DNA of 64,000 nucleotides from the NCBI GenBank assembly GCA_963669175.1, contig OY769902.1, forward strand, positions 5,056,001 through 5,120,000. The letters are read 5' to 3'. The notes under the pieces were generated by a model. That model worked only from the letters and a program-made list of their open reading frames with translations, was not told the origin of the DNA and ran no database searches. The DNA is from a bacterium (lineage in GTDB: Bacteria > Electryoneota > Electryoneia > Electryoneales > Electryoneaceae). Below, piece after piece: positions 40,091 through 49,027 of this stretch (position 1 is its first letter; the number at the start of each line of letters is the position of its first letter). A program made the translations under genes and the position numbers.

Positions 40091-41139
40091 AAACTCTTTA
40101 CGTGCTCCACCACTTCTTCCGGACTCGGCACAATCCCGCCCTGACGTCCCCAATGGGTAATCGGTTTGACGTCACGGGTGAACAGACGCAGGTCTTCAAT
40201 CATCTGCCCGCTGTTCATCTCTACCGACAAGATCCGCTTCACACTCTTCAACTTTGCCAGCTTGGCAATCCCTTCGTCATCGAACGGATAAAGCGTGATG
40301 GGACGGAACAAGGCGATCTTGATCCCTTCTTTCGCCATCATGTCAATCGCAGTCTTGCAGACACGAGCCGACGTACCGAACGATGCCAGTACGATCTCCG
40401 GGTCTTTCGTGTTGCCGTAAACCTCACTGCGCTTCTCCACCTGCATCTTTGCGTACTTCTCTGCAAGGTGAATATTATGACGTTCGTTGGCCAGCGGATC
40501 CAGGTACAGCGTTTTGACGATATGTTTGTCACGTCCCTTGGCGCCGGTCGCAGCCCAACTGCTGTGGTCTGCGGCTTTGCCACGTGGGACAGCGTCAAAA
40601 TCTACCGGTTCCATCATCTGGCCGATAAGACCGTCCGCGAAGATCATGACCGGATTACGGTACTTGTCCGCAAGGTCAAACCCGCTGATGACATGCTCAA
40701 CCGCTTCCTGAACCGTGGAAGGCGCCAGCACCAGCAGACGATAATCGCCATGACCACCGCCCTTTGTAGACTGGAAATAGTCACCCTGGCTGGGAAGAAT
40801 ACCGCCCAACCCGGGCCCCGCCCTACAGACGTTGACCAATAGAGTGGGCAATTCAGCGCATGTGATGTAGCTGATCGCTTCGCTCATCAGGCTGATACCG
40901 GGGCTGGAACTGGTGGTAAAGCAACGCTTTCCGCTCGCCGCAGCGCCAAACAACATGTTACTGGCGCCCAGCTCGCTCTCAGCCTGCAGGAACACCCCGC
41001 CCACTTCCGGCATCCGTCGCGCCATGTACTCCGCGACTTCTGACTGAGGTGTAATGGGATAAGCAAAATAGTGGAGGCAGCCGGCCTGAATCGCCGCTTC
41101 CGCTATTGCTTCGTTACCCTTCATCAATTGTTTCGCCAT
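40078..41139 (-). CDS. vorB: 2-oxoacid (2-ketoisovalerate-type):ferredoxin oxidoreductase alpha-type subunit
   Basis: MKGNEAIAEAA, YPITPQSE, QAESE, TSSSPG.SL, GPGLG.I.PSQGDY and VEMNSGQM. Confidence 0.93.
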   Translation of the reverse strand: MAKQLMKGNEAIAEAAIQAGCLHYFAYPITPQSEVAEYMARRMPEVGGVFLQAESELGASNMLFGAAASGKRCFTTSSSPGISLMSEAISYITCAELPTLLVNVCRAGPGLGGILPSQGDYFQSTKGGGHGDYRLLVLAPSTVQEAVEHVISGFDLADKYRNPVMIFADGLIGQMMEPVDFDAVPRGKAADHSSWAATGAKGRDKHIVKTLYLDPLANERHNIHLAEKYAKMQVEKRSEVYGNTKDPEIVLASFGTSARVCKTAIDMMAKEGIKIALFRPITLYPFDDEGIAKLAKLKSVKRILSVEMNSGQMIEDLRLFTRDVKPITHWGRQGGIVPSPEEVVEHVKSLIKN

Positions 41140-41260
41140 CTCTGTTCCTCAAAGATGATGGTTGGTTGTTGTCAACTTTGGTCGTTTGAATACTGGCCCG
41201 GTGGGAAGAGGCTGGCTGCTCGCAGGCGGTCACCCGTTTACCATCGAGCGCGTCACCTGC

Positions 41261-41494
41261 TTAATAGGGGAAATACTGGTATTGTACAGCATTGACCAGC
41301 ACTTCAATCGCAATGTCCGGGCAGGTTAATGCACACAGCTTGCACCCGATACAACGCGGCTGATCGTATACGTTTGCGAATTGGTATCCCTTGGTATTGA
41401 TCTTCTCGGACATGGAAATAATGCCCTGTGGACAGGCACGGACGCATAATTCGCATCCCTTGCACCGTTCCGAATCGATGTTGACCAGTGGCAT
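41261..41494 (-). CDS. 2x[4Fe-4S] ferredoxin (delta subunit)
   Basis: CKGCELCVRACP and CIGCKLCALTCP. Confidence 0.92.
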   Translation of the reverse strand: MPLVNIDSERCKGCELCVRACPQGIISMSEKINTKGYQFANVYDQPRCIGCKLCALTCPDIAIEVLVNAVQYQYFPY

Positions 41495-41540
41495 GTTCTC
41501 TATCCTTGCTTGTTCGCTTGTTGCTGTTACGACGAATACA

Positions 41541-41610
41541 CATTCAGAAATCAGTATTCAATACTCTGAAATAACTTTACAACTTTATAACTTTACAACT
41601 TTCAAACTTA
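41541..41610. repeat. Short-unit repeats in the ATPase-ferredoxin gap
   Basis: ACTTTACA/ACTTTATA/ACTTTACA/ACTTTCAA octamers abutting the stop codon, plus an imperfect palindrome ttcaga...tctgaa. Confidence 0.65.
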
Positions 41611-42405
41611 ATTAGACCTGCCTGTCAATCGTGCGAAATTATCACGTGAGTGTGTCGCCATGCTTCCCGGCGCAGGACCACCCAGCCACGGTGGCAGCAT
41701 GATACGTTTCAACGGCAACACCGGCGCTTCAAATCCTTCAATCGTTACCAGTTTCCCAGTTTCGGGCTCGTCGGTGATCAGTTCAGCCTCACGTAACTGT
41801 TCAACCGGCGCAGTAACAAACACAACATCCACTCCACGCTCCTTCGCGGCAGCGCGTGTGAATTCAGCGCCATCACGCACCATCTCCAGGTCCGTCTCAT
41901 CCATCAGGTGAGTATTCCCGGCAATGGCAGTGACTTTCAGCTTTGAAGCTGCTTCGATCTCGTCCATCAATCGCATCGCTCCATCAACCGTACCGGTGAA
42001 AGGACGATTCTTGTTGAGGACAAAGATCATCTCATAGGATTGACGTTGGAATTCCGGCTTGAGCGAAGAAAGGACCGTCGCCCCGACATTGTCGCCCCCC
42101 ACATCAAATACAGTCAGTCCGTCCGGCCTGGTAATCAGGGTACGAACCTGGGGCAGTACAATGGGCAAATCAGCATTGTGCATCGCCCCCTCAGGAGCGA
42201 TGACCTTGATGCCCAACTCTTCCATCGGCTTACGAGCTTCACGGCAGCGGAAATACGGGTTCACCAGGTCCATATCGACAATGGCAACCTTTTCTCCCGC
42301 TCGTGCAAACGCAGAAACGACATTCACCGAGACTTCGGTTTTGCCGCTCCCGTAATTACCCGTGAAAAGTATCACATGCTTATCGGGGGCTAAAAATCGC
42401 GCCAC
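41608..42405 (-). CDS. P-loop ATP-binding protein (MinD/CbiA-like) at the head of the oxidoreductase operon
   Basis: AGGAG RBS before GTG42405; GNYGSGKTE, D.DLVNPYFR and DVGGD. Confidence 0.85.
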   Translation of the reverse strand: MARFLAPDKHVILFTGNYGSGKTEVSVNVVSAFARAGEKVAIVDMDLVNPYFRCREARKPMEELGIKVIAPEGAMHNADLPIVLPQVRTLITRPDGLTVFDVGGDNVGATVLSSLKPEFQRQSYEMIFVLNKNRPFTGTVDGAMRLMDEIEAASKLKVTAIAGNTHLMDETDLEMVRDGAEFTRAAAKERGVDVVFVTAPVEQLREAELITDEPETGKLVTIEGFEAPVLPLKRIMLPPWLGGPAPGSMATHSRDNFARLTGRSN

Positions 42406-42845
42406 ACCCAACTCCTGTACTGTTGAAAACACGTGCTCGGCATCCGTTTTCGACCTCTCTGTGCGCGCTGCCCCCAAGCGCCAGATTTTGTCAATCCAAT
42501 GCGGAAACCAAGGTACAAAAAGAAGACCCCACGTGCAAATCAATCAAGCCTCAACCCGAGGTAACGTATTGATAACATGTTGCAAGTTAGACACTCCTAT
42601 CTCGTGTTAGCACAAGCGGATATTTTGTGAAGAATGGTGCAAAATAGTTGCTGTCTTTCCTGCTTGCTCCGCTGTGATTGTGGATATGCAGGACAATTTC
42701 AACAAGATAAACTTTGCCTGACCAACGCGTTTTTCCGCTGTTATTACCTTGGCAAAATAGTCGGGTTGCCCGATGCACACGTGAGAGGGATCGTGTTCCT
42801 GTTGTTCTTGGATACTGTTATGTGGCAATGACCTGTAACGTAACC

Positions 42846-43004
42846 GGGAGTGGATCGGGACTGTGAGACATGGGACGCGTATACAAAGCTATATCCCGAT
42901 GCGCTCAATAGTGTAGATCTCTGGCAAGATTCTGTGGTAGTATTCCTGCGGTGTTTATCACGGAAGTCGCATCACGTGCTCATCGAGCCACCCGATCCAT
43001 TCCT
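42846..43004 (+). ncRNA. Candidate 6S-like RNA (rod with central bubble)
   Basis: Terminal stem ggagtggatcggg/cccgatccattcc; second stem tgagacatgggacgcg/cgcatcacgtgctca; A/U-rich internal loop; apical stem. G-U pairs favour the + strand. Confidence 0.5.
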
Positions 43005-43144
43005 ATAACTTCCTCCTTTACCGCGTAAATCCCATTTTACAATGGAACACATCGTAATCAGTGAGGTGGAAAACGTACCCTTCAGGGGCTATATTGCGAG
43101 ATTGAACAACTTGACAACAAACAGACATTTTCGAAGAGGGTAGT

Positions 43145-43504
43145 GTGAACATTCCATTGGTTTTATTGATGGCTGGCGGTGGTGCGGCAGGTGGTGCGGA
43201 GCAGGCTCCGGGTGGTGCGGCAATGATTATGCAGATGTTGCCGTTTGTCCTGATTATCGCGGTATTTTACTTCCTGTTGATCCGTCCCCAGGCGAAGAAG
43301 CAGAAAGAGCAGCAGAAGATGCTCGGCGGCGTTCAGCAGGGTGATGAGGTTGTGACCATCGGCGGTATCCATGGCAAGGTCGCCGGCGTGCGCGAGCAGG
43401 ACAACACCTTGATTATCAAGCTCAACGACACGACCAAGATTACAATTGACCGTGCCGCAGTTTCCCGTGTCGTCAACAAGGGCGATGGTTCGGACAAGAA
43501 CTGA
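43145..43504 (+). CDS. yajC: Preprotein translocase subunit YajC
   Basis: FYFLLIRPQ.KKQKE and GDEVVTIGGIHG. Confidence 0.96.
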   Translation: MNIPLVLLMAGGGAAGGAEQAPGGAAMIMQMLPFVLIIAVFYFLLIRPQAKKQKEQQKMLGGVQQGDEVVTIGGIHGKVAGVREQDNTLIIKLNDTTKITIDRAAVSRVVNKGDGSDKN

Positions 43505-43579
43505 TTCTGTCCTGTCCCATAGTTGTCAACCAGTGAAGTGTTAAAGCGGGAGCATTTTCCGCTTTTCGGAGTTGCAATA

Positions 43580-44131
43580 ATGAAGAAGTATCCGATCCGT
43601 TTGTTAGGCGATCCTGTTTTACGTGCAGTTGCACAGGAGATCACCGAGTTTGATGAGTCCCTTGAAGAATTCGCTGGCGACATGGTCGCCGCGATGATTG
43701 AGGGGGATGGTATCGGTTTGGCTGCCCCACAGGTGGGCGTCTCTAAACGCTTTATCGTCATCGGCATGCCGGTGAAGAATGAAGATGATACCACAACACG
43801 CAAGATCTATGTGATGGTCAATCCGGAGATCATTGAGGAAAGCGAAGACGAGACCGAGATTGAAGAAGGTTGTCTGTCGATTCCGGACATCGCTGAAAAT
43901 GTCTACCGTCCCCAGTTTGTCAAGATTCGTTACCAGGATCTGAAAGGCGAATGGCAGGAGGTCGAAGCCGGAGAAATGCTGTCACGTGTTTTCCAGCATG
44001 AGAACGATCATCTGAACGGAGTGCTGTTCATCGATCACCTCTCCTCCCTGAAACGTCGTTTGCTGAAAGGTAAACTGAGACGGATTGAAGAACGGTCCCG
44101 TGAACTACGCAAGGAACTCGGCGAGTTGTAG
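43580..44131 (+). CDS. def: Peptide deformylase
   Basis: GIGLAAPQVG, EGCLSIP and QHENDHLNG; start placed at ATG43580. Confidence 0.97.
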   Translation: MKKYPIRLLGDPVLRAVAQEITEFDESLEEFAGDMVAAMIEGDGIGLAAPQVGVSKRFIVIGMPVKNEDDTTTRKIYVMVNPEIIEESEDETEIEEGCLSIPDIAENVYRPQFVKIRYQDLKGEWQEVEAGEMLSRVFQHENDHLNGVLFIDHLSSLKRRLLKGKLRRIEERSRELRKELGEL

Positions 44132-44257
44132 CGAGTGTTTCTTGTTGTGAGCTGATGGCCTTTTCATCACGTTTATCATTGCCCCGCTGTAGACACATCA
44201 TGCCCTGCATTTTCCAGGCTGGTCCAGTGGGGTTTGTTATACAGGGATGCGAGAATC

Positions 44258-45184
44258 ATGCGAGTTGCCTTTTTAGGAACAGCAGACTTTGGCATTCCCG
44301 CACTTCAGGCGTTGCTGCAGAGTGAACATGAAGTTGTGGGAGTTGTAACCGGTGCGGACAAACCAGCGGGGCGTGGACGCAAGCTGATTCCGACTCCGGT
44401 GAAACAGGTTGCCGAACAAGCCGGACTGCCGGTATTAACCCCCGGACGTTTCAAAGATCCCGCATTCCTGCAAGCTTATAACGAGTGGCAGCCGGACGCG
44501 GCAGTAGTTGTGGCATTCCGTATCCTTCCACCTGAAGTGTTTGATCTGCCGACATTGGGCACCCTGAACATCCACCCCAGCCTGTTGCCTGCCTATCGTG
44601 GCCCTGCACCTCTGAATTGGGCCTTGATCAACGGCGAAAAAGAGACCGGCGTCAGCATCATCCGAATTTCGCGCAAGGTGGATGCAGGCGGAGTGTTGTT
44701 ACAGCGCAGGATAGAGTTGCATCCCCTGGAAACCGCATCAGCCCTGTCAGAGCGGCTCGCTCCGATAGGCGGCGAGATGGTACTTGAAGCGCTTGCGGGG
44801 ATAGAACACAACCGCCTCTCGCCCATCGAACAGGATGAGAGCAACGTCACCAAAGCACCCAAGCTCACCAAGGAAGACGGGCTGCTGGACTGGACCAGGC
44901 CTGCTCTTGAGGTCCATAACCGTGCTCGTGGGGTCACCTTCTGGCCGGGCGCCTATACCTTCCATGAAGGCTTGCCGTTGAAGCTGTACTGTTCACGTCC
45001 GGTTGAGGGCATGGGCAAGCCCGGTGAAGTCCTCGAGACAGGAAGGTCACTGGTAATCGCATGTGGTGATGGCGCGGTTTCATTTGGCGAGATCCAGAAG
45101 CAGGGCAAGAAACGTATGGAAGCGGAAGCGTTTTTTCGTGGCGCTACGATGAAATCAGGCGACATTCTTGGGAAGACGTCATGA
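44258..45184 (+). CDS. fmt: Methionyl-tRNA formyltransferase
   Basis: FLGTADF, NIHPSLLPAYRGPAP and DAG; start placed at ATG44258. Confidence 0.96.
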   Translation: MRVAFLGTADFGIPALQALLQSEHEVVGVVTGADKPAGRGRKLIPTPVKQVAEQAGLPVLTPGRFKDPAFLQAYNEWQPDAAVVVAFRILPPEVFDLPTLGTLNIHPSLLPAYRGPAPLNWALINGEKETGVSIIRISRKVDAGGVLLQRRIELHPLETASALSERLAPIGGEMVLEALAGIEHNRLSPIEQDESNVTKAPKLTKEDGLLDWTRPALEVHNRARGVTFWPGAYTFHEGLPLKLYCSRPVEGMGKPGEVLETGRSLVIACGDGAVSFGEIQKQGKKRMEAEAFFRGATMKSGDILGKTS

Positions 45185-46548
45185 GCAAATCCGGCAACAA
45201 TCCGCGCAGGGTTGCGGTCAAGATATTAACCACCTGGCAGAAGAGCTCCGGGAAGATTGACGCTATCCGTGATACGGTTTTACTTAAACATCCAGACCTT
45301 GATGCTCGAGACCGCAACCTGATCACGGAATTGACCTTCGGCGTTACCCGGCAGGTCACCGAGCTGGACCGTGAATTAGATGGACTGGTCAAAAGTGGTG
45401 TGGGCAAGATGCAACACCGCTTGTTGGCGATTCTTCGGGTCGGCCTTTACCAGATACGTTTTCTGGACCGGATTCCTGCTTCTGCGGCAGTTGATGAAGC
45501 GGTTTCACATGCACGTGCTATCTACGGAGACAAAGCCGGCGGCCTGGTAAATGCAGTTTTACGTAATGCCGCCAGGCAGACGGAAACGAAAGAAGCATCC
45601 ATGAACGATATACCGAAACTGAAACCGGGACAACGTCCCGTTACCGCATTTTACGCCCAGGCCGGTCCATTGCCGCAGTGGCGTTCACACTGGAACCAGA
45701 ACTGGGGCCCGGAGAAAACAGAAGAGCTGATCCAGCATTTCACGACCATTCCCCCGGTTGGTTTGCGGCGCAACCTGCTGAAATCAGAAAATGATGCGGA
45801 GTGGATTGAGAAGCTGAAAACGGAAGGTCTTGAACCGGAACCTGTTGAAGATTGGCCCGGCTATGTCTATGTGAAGGGCGTGAACCCTCATGGGCTGCCT
45901 TCTTTCGAGGAAGGATTGACGACTGTACAGGATCCGGCAGCGGGGATAGCGCCGCGTGTACTGGACCCGCAGCCGGGTGAATATATTCTGGATATGTGCA
46001 GCGCACCGGGCGGGAAATCGGCTGTCATCTGGGAGTTGATGAAGGGTGAAGGACGTCTGCTTTCGGTTGACAAAAGTATGAAACGGAACAAGCTGACCCG
46101 TGAAGGCTTGAAGCGCCTGGGACATGACGGACCAACCGTATTCACCGCTGATGCAACTTCCTGGAGTGATGGACCATTTGATCGTGTTCTTGTAGACGTT
46201 CCATGTAGTGGAACCGGAGTGGCTCATCGCCGCGCGGACCTCCTGGTCAACCGTCCTCCGATACAGGCCATGCACCAGCCGAAAATCCAGCGCAGCGTAT
46301 TGCAGAAAGCTGCGGAGATGGTCAAGGTTGGCGGTGTGCTGGTCTATTCCACATGCAGCCTTGAACCGGAAGAAAATGAAAAGGTCGTAAAATTCTTTGA
46401 GAAGAAACATGGTGACCGGTTTGAACGTGATGACCTCCCTGACAGTATCCCGGAACGGTGGCGGATTGAGAAGGGCATGGCGAAAACCTGGCCGCCTCGT
46501 GATCATGTTGACGGCGCATTCGTAGCTCGCTGGAGACGAATCGCATGA
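45181..46548 (+). CDS. rsmB: 16S rRNA m5C967 methyltransferase RsmB/Sun
   Basis: NusB-like N-terminus (VNAVLR), VQD, DMCSAPGGK, DVPCSGTG and YSTCS. Confidence 0.93.
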   Translation: MSKSGNNPRRVAVKILTTWQKSSGKIDAIRDTVLLKHPDLDARDRNLITELTFGVTRQVTELDRELDGLVKSGVGKMQHRLLAILRVGLYQIRFLDRIPASAAVDEAVSHARAIYGDKAGGLVNAVLRNAARQTETKEASMNDIPKLKPGQRPVTAFYAQAGPLPQWRSHWNQNWGPEKTEELIQHFTTIPPVGLRRNLLKSENDAEWIEKLKTEGLEPEPVEDWPGYVYVKGVNPHGLPSFEEGLTTVQDPAAGIAPRVLDPQPGEYILDMCSAPGGKSAVIWELMKGEGRLLSVDKSMKRNKLTREGLKRLGHDGPTVFTADATSWSDGPFDRVLVDVPCSGTGVAHRRADLLVNRPPIQAMHQPKIQRSVLQKAAEMVKVGGVLVYSTCSLEPEENEKVVKFFEKKHGDRFERDDLPDSIPERWRIEKGMAKTWPPRDHVDGAFVARWRRIA

Positions 46549-47321
46549 AAAAGCGTTCATTCGGACAATGGGTAAAGCTCACGTGGAACTGGGGCGTCCG
46601 GCTCCTGCTTGTCCTGGCAGTCTGGGCGGTTCTCGCTTCCATTTTGCAATGGATTGTGTTGCCGGTATTTGTCCGAAAAGGACGGGAAGTTACCGTTCCT
46701 GAGCTTCGTGGTGTTGCCGAAGATTCTGCAATCGTAGCCATGGAAAAGGCCGGATTCGGCTTTGTCGTCGATGACAGACGTCTTGATCCCGCTGTTCCGG
46801 CTGGCCATATCATTGACCAGCGTCCTCTTCCGGATCGCCTGACCAAACCGGGCAGGCGCATTCATGTGATCGTCTCAACCGGCGCACCGGAAGTCCATGT
46901 CCCGGATGTGACCGGGAAAACACGCCAGGACGCGATTGCACTACTGCAACGCATGGGGCTGGAAATGGGCGAACTCAGGTATGCATTCAGTGACACATAC
47001 CTGGAGAAACAGGTCATTTCCCAGTATCCGGATGCCCATACACTGCTGACAAACGACAATCGGATCGCATTTATCACTATCAGCCTTGGAAAGAAGCCGG
47101 CTATCTTTGAGATTCCCAGGCTTATCGGTCTGGATGAAGAAGAGGCGCGTTTCCTGATTCGAAAGGCCGGATTACAACTGGGTGTCGTTTCCTTTGAACG
47201 GCGGGAGTATGAGCCGGATGGAGTAATTATTGAGCAGGTTCCCGAACCGGGCACAGTTGTGGAGGAAGGCGCCCAGGTATCTGTGATCATCAATCAGAAA
47301 GAGAAAAAAGAGCGGAAGTGA
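46545..47321 (+). CDS. Membrane-anchored triple-PASTA protein (no kinase domain)
   Basis: One TM helix followed by three VP.L.G...VI.Q.P repeats. Confidence 0.9.
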   Translation: MKKRSFGQWVKLTWNWGVRLLLVLAVWAVLASILQWIVLPVFVRKGREVTVPELRGVAEDSAIVAMEKAGFGFVVDDRRLDPAVPAGHIIDQRPLPDRLTKPGRRIHVIVSTGAPEVHVPDVTGKTRQDAIALLQRMGLEMGELRYAFSDTYLEKQVISQYPDAHTLLTNDNRIAFITISLGKKPAIFEIPRLIGLDEEEARFLIRKAGLQLGVVSFERREYEPDGVIIEQVPEPGTVVEEGAQVSVIINQKEKKERK

Positions 47322-47342
47322 CAGAATTTTCGGGGGACAAGG

Positions 47343-48044
47343 ATGGAAATCTTGGAGCGTGAACGTATCGGCGGGCGTGTCCGCATGCTGCCTTCATTAC
47401 TCGCAGCGGATTTTACCAGGTTGGGTGAAGAGGGCAGGCGCGCCATGGAAGCTGGCGCCCAGGGGCTGCATGCAGATGTGATGGATGGCCGATTCGTTCC
47501 CCCGATTACCTTTGGTGCGGATATTGTAAAAGCGGTGGTACAGGCGACTGGCGCCCGGGTTGACGCCCATTTGATGATCATCGAGCCTGAGCGTCAGATT
47601 GAAGCTTTCGCCAAAGCGGGCGTGAAGGCTATAACAGTACATGTTGAAGTTTGTCCGCACCTGCACAGGGTATTGTGGCAGATCAAGGAAGCCGGATGCG
47701 AAGCCGGCGTATCCCTGAACCCGGCTACCCCAGTGAACGAGATGATACGTTATGCTCTGCCGTTGATTGACCGGGTACTCGTGATGACAGTCAATCCAGG
47801 TTGGGGTGGACAGGCTTTTATTAAGGAGGGTATGAATAAGGTCCATGAAGTGCGAAGTCTTCTTGATTCGCTTGGATCAAAAGCAGAGATACAGGTTGAC
47901 GGCGGCGTAAGCGCTGTCAATGCCGGTGAACTGGTATTGAATGGGGTTACGGAACTTGTAGCCGGAAGCGCTATTTACAAGGGCAACATACAAAACAATA
48001 TCGACTCAATGAAGAAAGAGATTCTCAAGGCGCTAGGGGCTTGA
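47343..48044 (+). CDS. rpe: Ribulose-phosphate 3-epimerase
   Basis: PSLLAADF, HADVMDG.FVP, DAHLM, MTVNPGWGGQ and VDGG. Confidence 0.97.
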   Translation: MEILERERIGGRVRMLPSLLAADFTRLGEEGRRAMEAGAQGLHADVMDGRFVPPITFGADIVKAVVQATGARVDAHLMIIEPERQIEAFAKAGVKAITVHVEVCPHLHRVLWQIKEAGCEAGVSLNPATPVNEMIRYALPLIDRVLVMTVNPGWGGQAFIKEGMNKVHEVRSLLDSLGSKAEIQVDGGVSAVNAGELVLNGVTELVAGSAIYKGNIQNNIDSMKKEILKALGA

Positions 48045-48181
48045 GAATCGGCGTGCGTTGGGATGTAGTACCAAAAAAATGGAAAAATAGTACTTCCTGA
48101 TTTGGATGACACTATCGCGAGGGCTATTTTAGTTCGACAAAAGGATATTCGGTCACAGGTAAAAGATTCGAGGGGGCAGGC

Positions 48182-48844
48182 ATGAAGTTGTGGAAACTAT
48201 TCGTGCTGGCGATCATGATTTCAGCACTGGTTATCGGTTGCGGCAAGAAGGAACAGCCGGCGCAGGAAAAGCAGAAACCTGAAAAGATCACACCTGTTGA
48301 GCATTCGGGCGCTGCGGAGAAGGCTACACCGGCAGAAGAAACTGCACCGGCAGAAAAACCGGCGGCAGAACCGGAGGTCAAACAGCCGGCCAAGGAAGAC
48401 CCGCGCGGCAAACGTGGCGCTGATGAAGGAGAGATGGGCCATGCCAAACCGGCAAAAGAAAAAGATAAAGGATCTGCGTCTGGTGGTAACACGTCAAACA
48501 GGGTTACTCTTTCCGGCGCACCTACTGTTACCGCTGTCAAAGGCGCACATCTTTCACGGCAGGTAGACCAGGTTAGCAATACAATCAGGGGAAACCTGAG
48601 TGACATTCAGGCTTGCTACACGAAACAAAAGCAAGCCCAGTCAACTTTGGAAGGTTGGATTACCGTAAAGGTTACCGTTAAAAATGATGGTTCCACGACC
48701 AATGTGGCGATTGATAAAAGCAATTGGGATGGCAATAATGCCGGCAAGAAGGTAGAAACATGCGTCACAAACGATATGCGTGACTGGAATTTCGGGAATT
48801 CGAAGGCAGATTGTAATGTTCAGTTCAAACTGGAATTCAGATAA
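48182..48844 (+). CDS. Lipoprotein with Pro/Glu/Lys linker and AgmX/PglI-like (TonB-C-like) C-terminal domain
   Basis: Lipobox VIGC; IQACY...LEG.ITVK.TV..DG...VETCV.....W.F. Confidence 0.7.
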   Translation: MKLWKLFVLAIMISALVIGCGKKEQPAQEKQKPEKITPVEHSGAAEKATPAEETAPAEKPAAEPEVKQPAKEDPRGKRGADEGEMGHAKPAKEKDKGSASGGNTSNRVTLSGAPTVTAVKGAHLSRQVDQVSNTIRGNLSDIQACYTKQKQAQSTLEGWITVKVTVKNDGSTTNVAIDKSNWDGNNAGKKVETCVTNDMRDWNFGNSKADCNVQFKLEFR

Positions 48845-48872
48845 TCTGCGAAACTTCTTGAGCGCGTTTACT

Positions 48873-48909
48873 ATCACCCCTGGTTACTGAAACCAGGGGT
48901 GATTTTATT
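48873..48909 (+). terminator. Intrinsic terminator
   Basis: Perfect stem atcacccctggtt/aaccaggggtgat followed by a T-tract. Confidence 0.85.
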
Positions 48910-49027
48910 CCAGTGTTCCCATCAATATTCCCGCAAATCCATATACAATTTTCGGTTGAATTCTTTTTCAAACAAGAAATGGATTGGTTGAATAGATACA
49001 TACTTTTATGTACATTATATTTCTGAG

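Noticed and set aside
27015-42405. Selenocysteine or stop-codon readthrough in the redox genes
   Set aside because: The ORFs have intact cysteine motifs and I saw no in-frame TGA/TAG followed by homologous coding sequence.
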